From Podarcis filfolensis (lineage: Eukaryota), in the NCBI GenBank assembly GCA_964270895.1, contig OZ185435.1: DNA of 64,000 nt. The stretch is one strand, 5' to 3'. The translations under genes and the position numbers were made by a program. The notes beneath the pieces are model-generated. The model saw only the letters and a program-made list of their open reading frames with translations, had not been told where the DNA came from and did no database searches. Positions 35,887 through 47,600 of the stretch are shown here, piece by piece. How positions within the stretch are numbered: the stretch's first letter is position 1; every line of letters begins with the position of its first letter.

Positions 35887-38800
35887 AAACTTAAAACTAC
35901 TTATTCCTCCGAAGCGGGCATTTAAATGGGCCAGAATATCTTACGTGGTCTTGTTAGCGGATGAGAAAAGAAGAAACGCTTTCATTAAGTTTTGAAGGAT
36001 CAATCTCCCCACGTGAATTGAAATGAAACCAGATTAGGGCAAATTCGCTGTTTCGCTGTTCATCCCTAGGATTTGGGTGGCTGTCTATATTGCGCCGAGC
36101 GCTCTGCCCAGGTAGGTGCTGGGATCCCAACCAAACCCGCCCGTTTGGGGACTTCAGACACAGCAGTGATGCTACCTTCTTGGCCTTTTGGAAACGCGTG
36201 CAGCTATTTTGGAAACAGAAAAGTTCCCCCGTCTTGATCTGCGAAAGCAGTAGGTGGTGATGGGACCGGCCTGGCCCCCAAGCACAAAGGCGGACCCACA
36301 AAGCGCCTCTTCTGTTTTGGGGGCCTGGGGGGGAGGCGGCTGCCCCCCGCGCGCCCTCCGCCTCGCATCCCCTTGCGTCGAGGTGCGAAGAATATCAAAA
36401 GGGCGAGAGAGGCGCGCTAAGTTTTTCCACTGGTGGTTGCTCACATGATCCCGGCGCCTCCTGGCACTTTGAAAAGCCTCTTTCAAGGTTTGACTGCCCC
36501 ACACACCTTTTTTTAAAAAAAAAAAATTCCTAAAAAGAAAATGATTGAGAGACTTTTCTCTTTCATGCAACATTAAACACCCACACCCCTCCCTCTTTTG
36601 GATTTATTCTCTCCATCTCTTCACAGTTCTACTTCTCTTCCCCAGCCTCGGCTTCTAATTAACACTTCTAAGGAAGTGAAAGTTCCTCAAATGCCTCCCC
36701 CCGTTGGTTTTCGGGCAAGGCACCCTCAGGAACAGCAAACCAGCAGTTCAGCTTGAACCCATAACTTAGGGTCCTGTTCTCTTGGCCCGCTTCGAGCTAT
36801 GCGCCAGTGTTCCTTTGCGACCGCCCAGCACCCGCGTATCAATTCATGTTTATTACTCTGTTTACAATATCTCCTCTTTCCTCCATCGCGGAACCCAGGG
36901 CGGCGTACACGTGCTTCCCATGCGATCTCCTATCCAGACGTTCGCCCTTTCTCGGTCCTGCTTAGCTTCAGCCCAGCGGGGGCCTTCGAAACACATCACA
37001 AGTCGCGATTCCGCCCAGCGAAAGTCGAAGGGGCCACTTTGAGAGAGTTGAATTCAGCGGAGTTCTTCAGCTCGACCCAAAACTCTAAAAAAACACACCC
37101 CTCTTCCTCCTTCTAGTGAACTGCCGCGTTGCATCTCTAGCGCACCCCGTAGTTGATGTTAAGTAAGGGAATAGGAAGCAATACCGCAATCCTAGCTAAC
37201 CGTGTCTACTCAGAAGCAAGTTACGGGTAAGTTAGTTTAGGGTTAGTCGGAGTAAACTCTTTGGATTTCTGTGACCAAGTGCGAGTGCGAAGACCGCAGC
37301 CTGCCACCTGACCTTGCCTCCTCCAGTTTCGAGTGACTTCTAGCAGCCTGCTGCTGTATGTACTTACTCGGGAGTAAGCCCCACTGTTGTCAACGGAACT
37401 TTTTCCAAAGTAAGAGTGCGAGAGAAACTTTGCAGCCAGCCTAAGTCTTCTTTTACAACTCTCTCCGCCGCCTGAGCATCCTGGCCAGCATTCTCAGGAA
37501 GTCAGTCCGTTAAGCTCACTCTGCGATTCTGTGCAGAGTTACTAAATTGTGAGACTCACCGAGGTTGGCGAGACTTATTTCTATGTAAACCTGCGGGCGA
37601 GCGGTCCGCAACGGGGTTTAGGATTACAGGCCGCATTTCCTATATGAGCCTTTGTATCTTCCCTCCTCCTAATTTCTCTGCTGACCTCCCTCTTATTCCC
37701 GGCTCCTCTCCCCCTTTCTTCTGTTCTCGCACCCTCTACCTAGTCTTCCCCTAAAAGTTCCAGTACATAATGCGCGGGAAGGAATAACCCTGCAGTCACT
37801 TCTCTTGGGAGGAAGGGTCCTTCCCCCCCCCGCTCCCCCTTTTAACCCACTGGGCCACCCCCTTCCCCTCTCCAGTTTTCCATTAAGCCTTGCTTTACCG
37901 GTCAGTGTTAGTCGTGCAACCCAAGTACGGTAAGTAAGTCTACAGGATCCCATTCTTAAGCACCATGGCTCGATAGATTCACAAATTCATGCCGTATCCT
38001 GGCTTTTACGCACCTCCCTGCGAGTAAGCCCCATTGATTTCAGTCAAGGGAACAACGCAGCAACTCTTAAACACATTTACTGAATGTCCAAAAGAACTCA
38101 GTGGGACATCCAGGTAAGTTTGTGTAGGAGGATCGGCGTGCAGTTGTGTTTAAAGTCAATGTGGGTTCCTTCCTATCCCAACCTAATAGCGCCCTCCTGT
38201 ATACGTCTACTCAGAAGAAAGACTCATTTGCTTCAAGTAAGTAAGGGGGGCATAGGATTGAAGGCTAAACATCAGTTGCCTTGAAAGTAATTCCTATTGA
38301 TTTCAACGGGACTTACTTGCAAGTGAGCGTGGTTAGAATAGCACCGAAGGTTAAAAGCGCGCGCAGCATGACCTAAGTAAATCCCACTGAAATCAGCCGG
38401 AAGCTTCTGAGTAAATAAGCATAGGATCTGGCAGCGCGGCTGTAATCCTATATAGTGGGATTTACGTCTGCATAAATATTCTTAGGATGGAGGTTTAATT
38501 AACCCATCTGCACATAAGATTCAGATAAATCAGTGGAACTCAACGGAAGCAACCAGGAGGGCACGATGCAGCCAAAATTAAGCACTTGCTTAAAGCTCTC
38601 ATTTAAATGAATGTCCTTACTTTTGGCAGGAATGTCCCCCACTTGCTTCCTTGACAGGAAGTTCTATTGAAATGAATGGGTATAACTTCAATTCTTCACA
38701 CATGCGTTTGGCGGTGAGCGTCATTGACTGAACATAGCGGGGCTTACTTCGAAGTAAACACGCACAGAATGCGGTTGCGCGGCTGACAGTCCGACTGACA

Positions 38801-39485
38801 CATTTGCCACGGGAGTCTTAAGTTCCTTTAAAACCAAAACCCCCAAGAGGGTGGCTGCAGTCCTAGGCACGCTTTTTTTTTTGGCCGGGGAGGGGCAGGA
38901 GGAGGTGAAGCGTCACTAACCACTGAACACGTTTACTTGGAAGCAAATCTGATTAACTTCAGCGCGACTTATGTTCAGAGATGCGCGCGTAAGAATCACG
39001 CAGCCCGGAAGGCTGCGGATTGTCCCGCTGTGCCCCAAAGTGTTTACTCCCAGGAAAGAGCGCGTAGGACTGCAGCCGTCTGCCAATCGTTCTCTGATGA
39101 GTGGCGACTGCGAAGGAAAGGGGGAAGCGGGGGGGGGGATTGTGGTTAGGAGTGCGCGCGCGCGCCTGTTGTGGGGTGGAGAGGGGAGAGGGAGGGAGAG
39201 AAAATGATATTTCACTTTCTCTTTTGTGCTCACTTTCTCTTGGGTCGTTCGGTTCCACGCTCCCCCCCCCCGACTTTACCGCTCCCTCCCTGCCTCCCGG
39301 CTGTGTGCTTGTTGGTGTGTGTTGTTGCCTCGTCTTGCCTTGCCGTCGGGGGTGGGGGTAAGAAGAGAGAAGCGGCGGCGGCGGCGGCGATATAGCAGCC
39401 CTGCCTCCTTTCGCCTTCCTCCGATCAATGCCCCTGGCCACTCACTTTCTGATGTTGCACGACGGGAAATGCTTTGAATACTTAC

Positions 39486-39540
39486 GACATGGCCGCTCAC
39501 GTTGATTGCCAAGATTGACAGCAGTAAACCAGCGCCTTCG
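39486..39540 (-). ncRNA. Candidate antisense exon (55 nt)
   Basis: Long minus-strand pyrimidine tract (~39545-39600), AG at 39542-41 and GTC|GTAAGT donor at 39485. Confidence 0.45.
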
Positions 39541-39799
39541 CTTGTATCGGGAGGGGAGAGAGAGAAAGAGAGAGAGAGGCGGGGGGAGCAGGGAGGGGGA
39601 AGCCAAGCCCAACAACAAACAATAATGAACCCGATTGTAACTAAATCTCCAGGCAACCCGTCAGCAAACTTCTCCTGACGATCTGGATCCTGCGCATCCG
39701 TGGCCCGAAGAAACGCAGCCAGCCAGTAGCTCAGTGAATTTATTCCTTTAGTTAGTATTTCTGCAGCTTGTTTACCCAGCCCTACAGACACTCATTCAC

Positions 39800-39915
39800 C
39801 TTTTCCTTCCTTCCGTCCGGCTACGGCAGTTTGTTTGTTTATTGTTGTTATTGTTTTTAAAGGAAGGACCCCCCCAAGGCTTATAAAACGCCACACTGGA
39901 TCTCGAAGGAGGTAA
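39800..39915 (-). ncRNA. Candidate antisense exon (116 nt)
   Basis: gtttgcttttcctag acceptor (39916) and AAG|GTGAAT donor (39799). Confidence 0.35.
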
Positions 39916-41055
39916 CTAGGAAAAGCAAACCGGCGCAGCGCTCGTTGTGTTGCTGATACCTGTTGTGGACTTGCGGTCGTGTGTGGTGCGCAGCCTGGTT
40001 GAGCTGGGGGGGGGGGAGACGGCGGACGCGTTCCTTAGTCGTGTTTTGAAAAGGGGCTTCCACGTTTTGTATGTGTCGCTTTATTCCAGAGAATACGGTA
40101 TTGTTTCTCTCTCCCCCCCCCCCCCCCCGCTGTCTTTTAAGGGCTTGCTGGTTGCAATTGACCAAAGCAGCAGCAGTATTAGCAGCAGCCGCAATAGCGG
40201 CGTCCGGAGGTAGATTGTGAAGTTAGGGAGATTTCTGAATGAATCCCCGGCGCGGCTGCTTAGTGCTGGACTTTTTGGGGAGGGCGGTGTTGGTGGCGGC
40301 GGCGCCGACTGGGATGGGATGGGAAGAGGCGAACTGGTGGAGAAAGTCCTTACGCTTCTGACCTGGGGTGAGTTGCTCTGGGGAGGATCCTGAGGCTGCA
40401 TAAAAAAGACCCCGCTTCTCTCTGAAATCACAACACTGCTGCTGCTGCTGCTGCTTCCCACCCCCTTTCCTTTCCGCCCTCCAAGTGGTGTGTCTATTTT
40501 AAAACGTAGTGACAGATCAGCGTTGTATTTTAAGATCACCCGCTGCCTGCGAACACATGGCGCTCTAGAGATACTGCGCGTAAGAGTGATACCAACAGAG
40601 GCAGGCGAGCGAGGAAAAATATAAAGCCCTTAAATCAATCTTTGGGAGCCTAAAGCTTCTGCCATTCCTCCGAAGTCCTCACCCTTGGAGATAGTAAGGA
40701 TGAAGGAACGAGGGGGCTTTGCTAGCGCCTCTGATTTCTCTGTTAACTTTGTGGTGGTTAAACTTGCCGAGAAGTTCGCTGCTAGTGTGCTTATATATCT
40801 GTAGAACAGATCCTTAAGAGAAAGGGGGGGGGGAGTATTATACCGCTAGGTGGTAATGCTGGATTTGACCACAGAGGGGCAGTGTATCGAGGATTTGCTG
40901 TTCCTGTGGCGCCTTATCTCTCTGCAGGCAGAGGCTGGGATAAAGTTATACTGAAAACTTTAAAATTGATATCACACCCTAATTTGTGTTCCACAGGGAG
41001 GGGGAGAGAGAGAAAAAAAGAGTGAGAGCCCAACAACACACAGGGCTCTGCTTAC

Positions 41056-41261
41056 ACCATGAGAAGGGGAGCTCTTGGCTGCATTGTGGGCTCGCCCAAC
41101 ATTCAGCTGGGGATTTCTTGCTGTGTCTTAGCTCTCGCCGGAGGTCATGCAAATCGACCTTAAAAGAATGCATAAGCCATAAATTAAAATAAACCCCGTA
41201 GCCACGGGCTGATTCATAAGTAGACAATACCTAACCTGGACAAAACGGCTTCCTTTGCGAG
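41056..41261 (-). ncRNA. Candidate antisense exon (206 nt; alternative donor at 41235 gives 26 nt)
   Basis: ttcttttcttttcttccag acceptor (41262). Donors are GGT|GTAAGC (41055) or CAG|GTTAGG (41235). Confidence 0.35.
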
Positions 41262-41609
41262 CTGGAAGAAAAGAAAAGAATAGTGCCTAAAGTAAACGCA
41301 AAGTAAGTTCCCAGAACGTATTTTCTTTTGCATTAATGTCGTTGTTTTCTGTTGTTATTTCGCGCAACTTTAATCTCAGGGAAACTGCCTTCAACCGCAG
41401 TTTTAAGCATACTTTGCAGAGATGGTAGGGAGGCAGCAAGGTGGTTTGGTGGGAGCGCTAGCCCCCCCCTTCATAAGTGGTGCTTCTTGTTTGTCATTTT
41501 TGAAGAAGGATCTTGTTTGATGTAATTTATTTTGAAGATCTTTCAATCTTCTGTTGTAAATCTGGTTTGTCTCTGAAAAATTGCATGTCACTTAGCCAGG
41601 CATTGTGAT

Positions 41610-41610
<1 letters not shown>

Positions 41611-41658
<48 letters not shown>
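41611..41658. repeat. Compound (GT)n(GA)n microsatellite
   Basis: Direct read. Confidence 0.97.
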
Positions 41659-41663
<5 letters not shown>

Positions 41664-43699
41664 CCTGGTGCTTTTATTTTGCTTTACGTTGTATTGTTGA
41701 AATATTGTTACAAATACTCCTAAAGTTATATATGAGAGAGGGCGTTTGGCAGGAGCTAAAAGTTCTCTGTTTGATCCAGTGGTAAAACAGGTGTGTATGT
41801 CGTATGTATGGGACAGAGTACACGAAGGTGTGTGTGTATGGATGTATACAACATGACACTGTACCACACACACACACACAACTTGCACGAGTGTATATAA
41901 CGGGCTTTTTGTTGCTGCGGGATCTGAAGTCTTCCAGCTCTCCCCCGCCACCTTTGGGAGCGCCTTGGAGCCGCTTTGCAGCCGGGGTTCCTTGTGTGCG
42001 CGCGCGTCTGAGGAGCAGAGCAGGGCCTTGGGGTCAATCAGAGGCGCAGATCATATTGATTTGATTGCCACCACCTCTGCTTTGCGGAGGACTCGTTTCC
42101 CGGGTGCTTTTTTTTTAAGCACGGCGAGAAGGGAAGAGGTGGCAAATGTGAAAAGGCAATTGAGCGTTGTTGTGTCTGTGTGTCAGGGTGATCTCGCCGG
42201 GGCTTGGGAGCCTGCGGTCAGGAGATTAGCTACGTCCTCCTGGGTGTTCCCCCAAAAACACAGACAGGGAAACTTTCCGAGATAAACAAGCGTATCTGCG
42301 CCTGTTGTTATGCAGATAAAGGAGACAGGTTGCATGTGGGTTTCTTTTTTTTTTTTAAAATAGCCCATCGTAGTAGGGTGAGCAGCTTTGAACCTAATTT
42401 TAATTTGAAAGGGGAGAGGAACGTACATTTAAAACATATTTTCATTTTTAAAATGACGGTGTGATTGAAACTGGTGGGCATCTCGGTCTAAAGTGACTTT
42501 TTACTTTTTGAAAAACCCTGTAGCTGGGTGGGTTTGACTGTGGTTGGGTGGGCAGGTGGTAGTGTTGCAGAAACTGCTTTGAGATTGCAGCTAGATTGCA
42601 CTTATACTGACTCCCTTGTGTGGGCTCATTGCATCAAACCGCTCTGCCACAAAGCAAATCGTTTTTAAGATGGACACAAAATTTGTCCTGCAACGCGAAC
42701 CTCTGTCTAAAACGTTTGGAAGCCCTGTACAAGATGATGTATCTTAAGACTCTTCTCCCTCGCTTTTTGGCATCCCATTTCTGTATGTATGATATCTCCC
42801 TTTTATAATTAGTAACCGTATCTCGAAGTTAATCTTTTTTAAAAAATTAAAAATAAATCTGATCCTCTCCTCCAATGTATTTTTAGGGAGGTACATATTT
42901 GAATGAAAATAATTAGGTTACTTGGATTACGTTTGCAGCTTGAAGTAGCTTGACACCTGGCAGAGAACTGCTTAAGCGTTTTCTTTAAACTCTGCCTCCT
43001 TCTCCATAACTGCGTTTCTTATAATACATTCTTGTGTTAAGTGAGAAAGGCTGTTTGTAAAACAATCCCCTGGCTAGTCCCAGTGTTGGGTGAAGCTGAT
43101 CCTGTAATGGCATTTTGTTTTGAACAGTTGCTGTAGTTGAAGTTCCCTCATAAGGTAAGGTGGCACTGGCTCTCTGAAAGGAGGTCCAAATGCCACATTT
43201 ATAATTAGACTGCCAATTCAGCACATTGTATCCATTGCTATACAGGGATATACTTGCTGTGTCTGGCCTCTCTCAATAGCCTGTATTCAGAATTAGCCAA
43301 TTCAACTACTTCAACTTCGGCATCAAATTTAGAATAGGCAATGAGAGAACGGGAGGGGGGCCGAGAGAGAAAGCAAACAATAACTCTGCAATCTCTCCCC
43401 TCAGCTGGCCATGAAAGGCCAAAGAATATAAGGAGAGCAATTCATAACAATTGTATTGGGGAATCCATACATCAAATACAAGAAGTTTGGCGAGAGGAGG
43501 TTTTTTTTCCTTTTTAAAGAAAAAAGTTATTTGGGGGAGGGAACTAAAATCAGCCAGTGTGGATCAGGAGAGGGGAAAAAAGATGTTCCTAGCATATATT
43601 TCTTTCCTTTAAAAAAAAATGGCCAAAGGATATAGGACAATTACACCTGTGCTTGCAACTGAACACAGGTCCCTGGGAAAACTGGCAGGAAAAGTCTTT

Positions 43700-44203
43700 A
43701 GCCCCTCCTGAGGACTATAAGAAGAAACTTTGCTTGCAGGCAGCAGCAGCTCTCCCGCCCCCTGTGCAGTCAGTCACAAGGAGCAGAGCTTCAGGCAAGC
43801 CGTGGTTGCTGCTCCTGCAGCCGCCGCCGCCGCCGCCGCCTCCTCCTGCTCGACAGAGGGGCAGTTGAACGCTCTTCAGCGGAGAGCGGAGGGAATTGGC
43901 TGTCGGGGAGGGAGAAGGAAGAAGGTCATTTGCATTCTCAGGCCCTTCCTCTCAATCAACGACCTTCTAATTCCCGGGGAAGGAAGGCGCTGGCTGCTTT
44001 AGGGTTAGCTGGCGATCCTCGCGCACGCGGCGGCGGGGGGGGGGGGGAAGGGTGCTTCGCCGGCCGAACTTCTTCAAACTTAACCCCCCCCCCAGCCCCT
44101 GCCCCAGCTCTGCTCTGCTCTGTTGGAAGCGACCGCTGAGGAGGGATACAGAGGCGGCCAAGTGCGCCGTCGGCGGCGGCAGGGTCCGCAGGGAAAGTGG
44201 GAG
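43700..44203 (+). other. Candidate first exon from the last CpG island (TSS uncertain)
   Basis: GC-rich stretch with GCC repeats and no ATG, ending at a GAG|GTGAGG donor at 44204. CCAAT and SOX motifs lie upstream. Confidence 0.5.
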
Positions 44204-44449
44204 GTGAGGCGTCCGCAGGGGGTTTTGGTGGTTTGTCTCCAAAGTTTCCCCACAGATTCCGCGGCGGCTCCGGCTCGGTGGGGGCGAGTGGCAGCCGCGG
44301 GCCAGCAGCGAAGAACACGCGCCGCAGCGCCTCTGCCTTGCAACACCCCTCGCCGCAGCGGCGGGACTGGGCTGGGGGGCGGGGGAGCCGCCGCCGCCGC
44401 CGCCGGCCACGCTTTATCTTTCTTTCAGTGCTCCTTCTCGCTTCTCCAG

Positions 44450-44674
44450 GCAGGCTTGGCTGCAGAGTTTGTCTGGGCCTCGCTCCTTCCCCCTTGGCTT
44501 GTGCCAGGAGTGCCGCAACTCGTTTACACTGGATTAGCCCCACTGATCTTAATGCGACTGCTCTGGGACAAATGAGTTGTGTGACTGCTGCCTCCCGCCA
44601 CTGGTGTCCCATGTAAACATGTCCCCCGCGCTGAGCAGTGCAGACGTTGGCATTATTGCACCGCAAATAGGCTT
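44450..44674 (+). other. Candidate 225-nt second exon with uORFs and a phase-2 ATG ORF
   Basis: Acceptor ctccttctcgcttctccag (44449) and CTT|GTATGT donor (44675) at the island edge. ATGs at 44552, 44572, 44611 and 44619. Confidence 0.45.
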
Positions 44675-47600
44675 GTATGTGTGCTTATCCATCTCTCTAT
44701 CTCTCACACACCTCCACTCCAAACTCCACATACACACGCACCCCTCAGGAATGTGTTAGCTATGCAGTAGGCAGTATATTCCAGGAGTATATTGTCTCTT
44801 TGTGTAGTACTATATGGCTATTTGATTGCGATTTTAATTATTTATGTTTGTACACTTACGTTGAGTGATATCTTCTGAGAAGAGCAGTGTGAAAATGCCT
44901 TAAAATTCTCCTCTTTCCTAAACACATACTGGAGGTTGGACATTTGATAGTATGTTATGTGATAATATGATGTGGGTGTATATTTTGATCACATAAGAGT
45001 GTAACAGTTTAGGTGAATGGAATGAATATTTCCATAGGGTGTCATGTGGCCAGCTATGAAGTTTGATTGACTAGGTTCAGGGAATGAGAATAAGGATTCC
45101 GCTACAGCTATGCTTATAGATTGGCCTTATCAGAAGCAAACCATTCTGAATTCATTTTTATTACCAAGTAGGTTAAGATTTGTCTTAATAGTGTATATAT
45201 ATGTTTCCATCTATATCAGTTCAGTGTTTGTGGGCGTTGCATACATATGTACACAATCCAATGTTCAAAACTATATAGCCTTCAAATAAGGGCAAGCTTT
45301 AAAAAATAATTGAAGATACTTGTATGATGTGAATATGTTGCAGTGCTTCATACTGAGGTATTAACCCAAAACAAAGGTCAGTTTTTGTGGCTTGGGCATG
45401 TCTATCTCCTATAGTTAGTCCATTTCTGACATTTTTACCAAATATGTTTTAAAGAGGAAAATAATGGTGTTAAGTTCAGGGTAACCTCTTTCTGTGGGGG
45501 TTGGAGAATCAATGAATGTGTAGGAAAAGCTGGAAGAGGGATGGAGATCAGGCCTTCGTACATGAGTAGAAGTAACTGTTTTGCTTCTGGTGGACATAAA
45601 AAAGTTTCTTCAGTGAAAACCTTATTATATTTGCCAAGCACTTTAATCACCCTAGGGAATACCTCTTTATAAAGCATATCAAGGTAGTTAGCTTTTTATG
45701 TGAAATATCTGAAAAATAATTCAATGTTTAATCCCGTCGCCAATTCATAGTGTGACTGCACTGGGTGTGTACCGCTCTTGGCAGATAGAAAATTCAATGT
45801 GTGTCTGTATGAATGTATGCATGTATGTAAGCCAATTCACAGTCAATTCTGTACAGAGCTGTTTTTAATGCTAGCTAATAACAATATTAGATTGTCATTG
45901 TAAGGTAGATTCCAATTAGTGGTGCTTCCCACCATGAAAACAGAGACTGAGTTTTTAGAGTAGCACTAAATTGATGAGATGTGAATTACAGTACTAATTC
46001 ACCTGTAGTTTATTCCAAGAGTGGAATGCCCAGAAACAAACCTCTTCAGCATATTGTCTATTTTCCTTTTTCTCGCCTTTTCCCCAGCTATAATAGGTTG
46101 CAACTATATAGTAAGTATGAAGCTCTTGGCCAGCTCCTAAATAGGTATTTAAATTTTGTTGTTGTTGATGTTGTTATATAGAAATATTCTCTATACCTCT
46201 ATAAACTGAGGCAAATGAATAATTAATCCCTGCCCCCAATTTCCTGTGCCTGCTTTTCGACACATCTTTTAGGTGATGTTACAGTTTGTCTAGTATTTAG
46301 CATGCCCTATTCTGAAAACGTGTAGAAGTTATGTGGTATCCATCAGTAGTACATCAAGAATTGGGGTGTTATTTCCGGCACCTGTGCAGTTCACTCCTAT
46401 GCATGCTTACTAAGAAGTAAGCGCCACTTAAATTGTAGTGTTATTCGGAAATAAACTGAATTCAATGGGACTTGAATGCGTATGCATACTTAGGATTGAG
46501 GTGCCAAGTTATATAGAGGAGGTGAGTTCATTATGTATATTTGCCAGACCAGAAATCCACTGATTTTAAAACGGTGATGATATTGCAATTATGATAAATT
46601 ATCCCTTTCATTATAATTTTGTTTGGTCTAGAATTAGCCTGTTTTGGACATTGCCATAATGGATAATCGTGCCAATTTCTGGTTTGTAGCTATCTTAGAA
46701 AGTCATGAGTTATTTGACACTGATGAAACTGCTACACATACCCATCAGATATTCAAGTATTCAGTGAAGTTTTAAATAATTCTCTTTCAATTAGTATAAC
46801 AGGAACTTGAAAAATGGATTTCTGTTAAAGAAACAAGAATCGGTACATAGTGATTTCTTCCCTCCCCCTTGCATACTTGACAATTCTTCTATCAGTTTTA
46901 GCCATGCATGCATTTTTAAATAAAGAACAACCTCTTCACAGTTTAAAACTCTGTTTAGAAGTACTTATTTAATAAGTAAAAAGTCAATTAGAAAATGTGG
47001 TTGTTTGGTTATTTGTAATATAAATGAATGCTTTTATGTTTCTGAATACAAGTGAAACACACTATCAGGTTACTGTGATTAGGAGTATCATGCAAAGCAC
47101 AGATTACCTACAACTAGTTGATTTACAGGTATGTCAGATCTACCACAGTGATGTAAACCTGTATCATTGTTCAGTATAAAAAGAATGTTAGAAACAGGAG
47201 TAGACATATTTGCATATTTTTATTATTATTAAATATTTAGTAGAATTTGTTAAAGGCATTAACAAGCAGCAATACCGGAATTATTGTCTTTGTATGCTGT
47301 GTTTATTTTTTTTCCAAAACTGCCTTGTTCGTATGACAGTTTTTACTGTATGGCATTCCAACAATCATAATAACTAATAGTTTTCTTCTGTTGTATACAG
47401 ATTGTACCTGTTGACATGCAGCTTTTTTTGTTATGTGAATACCCCTATACAAAATAAAATTAAATACAGCAGTATTTTGATTGTGCCACAAGAATTTCAT
47501 CTACTGTGTGTGTGCCATGAGGAAATAGTAGAAGAGCTTTGGTGATTGATTTTTGGTAATTTACTGTACAAAATCCCACAGGTTTAAAATAATACACAGA

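Larger units (their letters stand above)
30260..44700. promoter_or_regulatory. Extended CpG-rich domain (islands at ~30.3-33.6, 34.0-35.3, 35.9-38.1, 38.9-40.7, 41.7-42.3, 43.7-44.7 kb)
   Basis: CpG is frequent throughout, including in AT-rich linkers, in contrast to the CpG-depleted flanks. Confidence 0.8.

Noticed and set aside
39276-39791. 171-aa minus-strand ORF
   Set aside because: Non-ATG start, runs through a purine/pyrimidine tract and predicted introns, no homology recognised.
44615-44624. Perfect p53 half-site AAACATGTCC
   Set aside because: Single half-site with no partner; expected by chance.
43956-44666. 236-aa and other long ORFs in the last island
   Set aside because: GC-rich artefacts with Arg/Gly/Pro/Ala runs; no SOX HMG or coiled-coil sequence.
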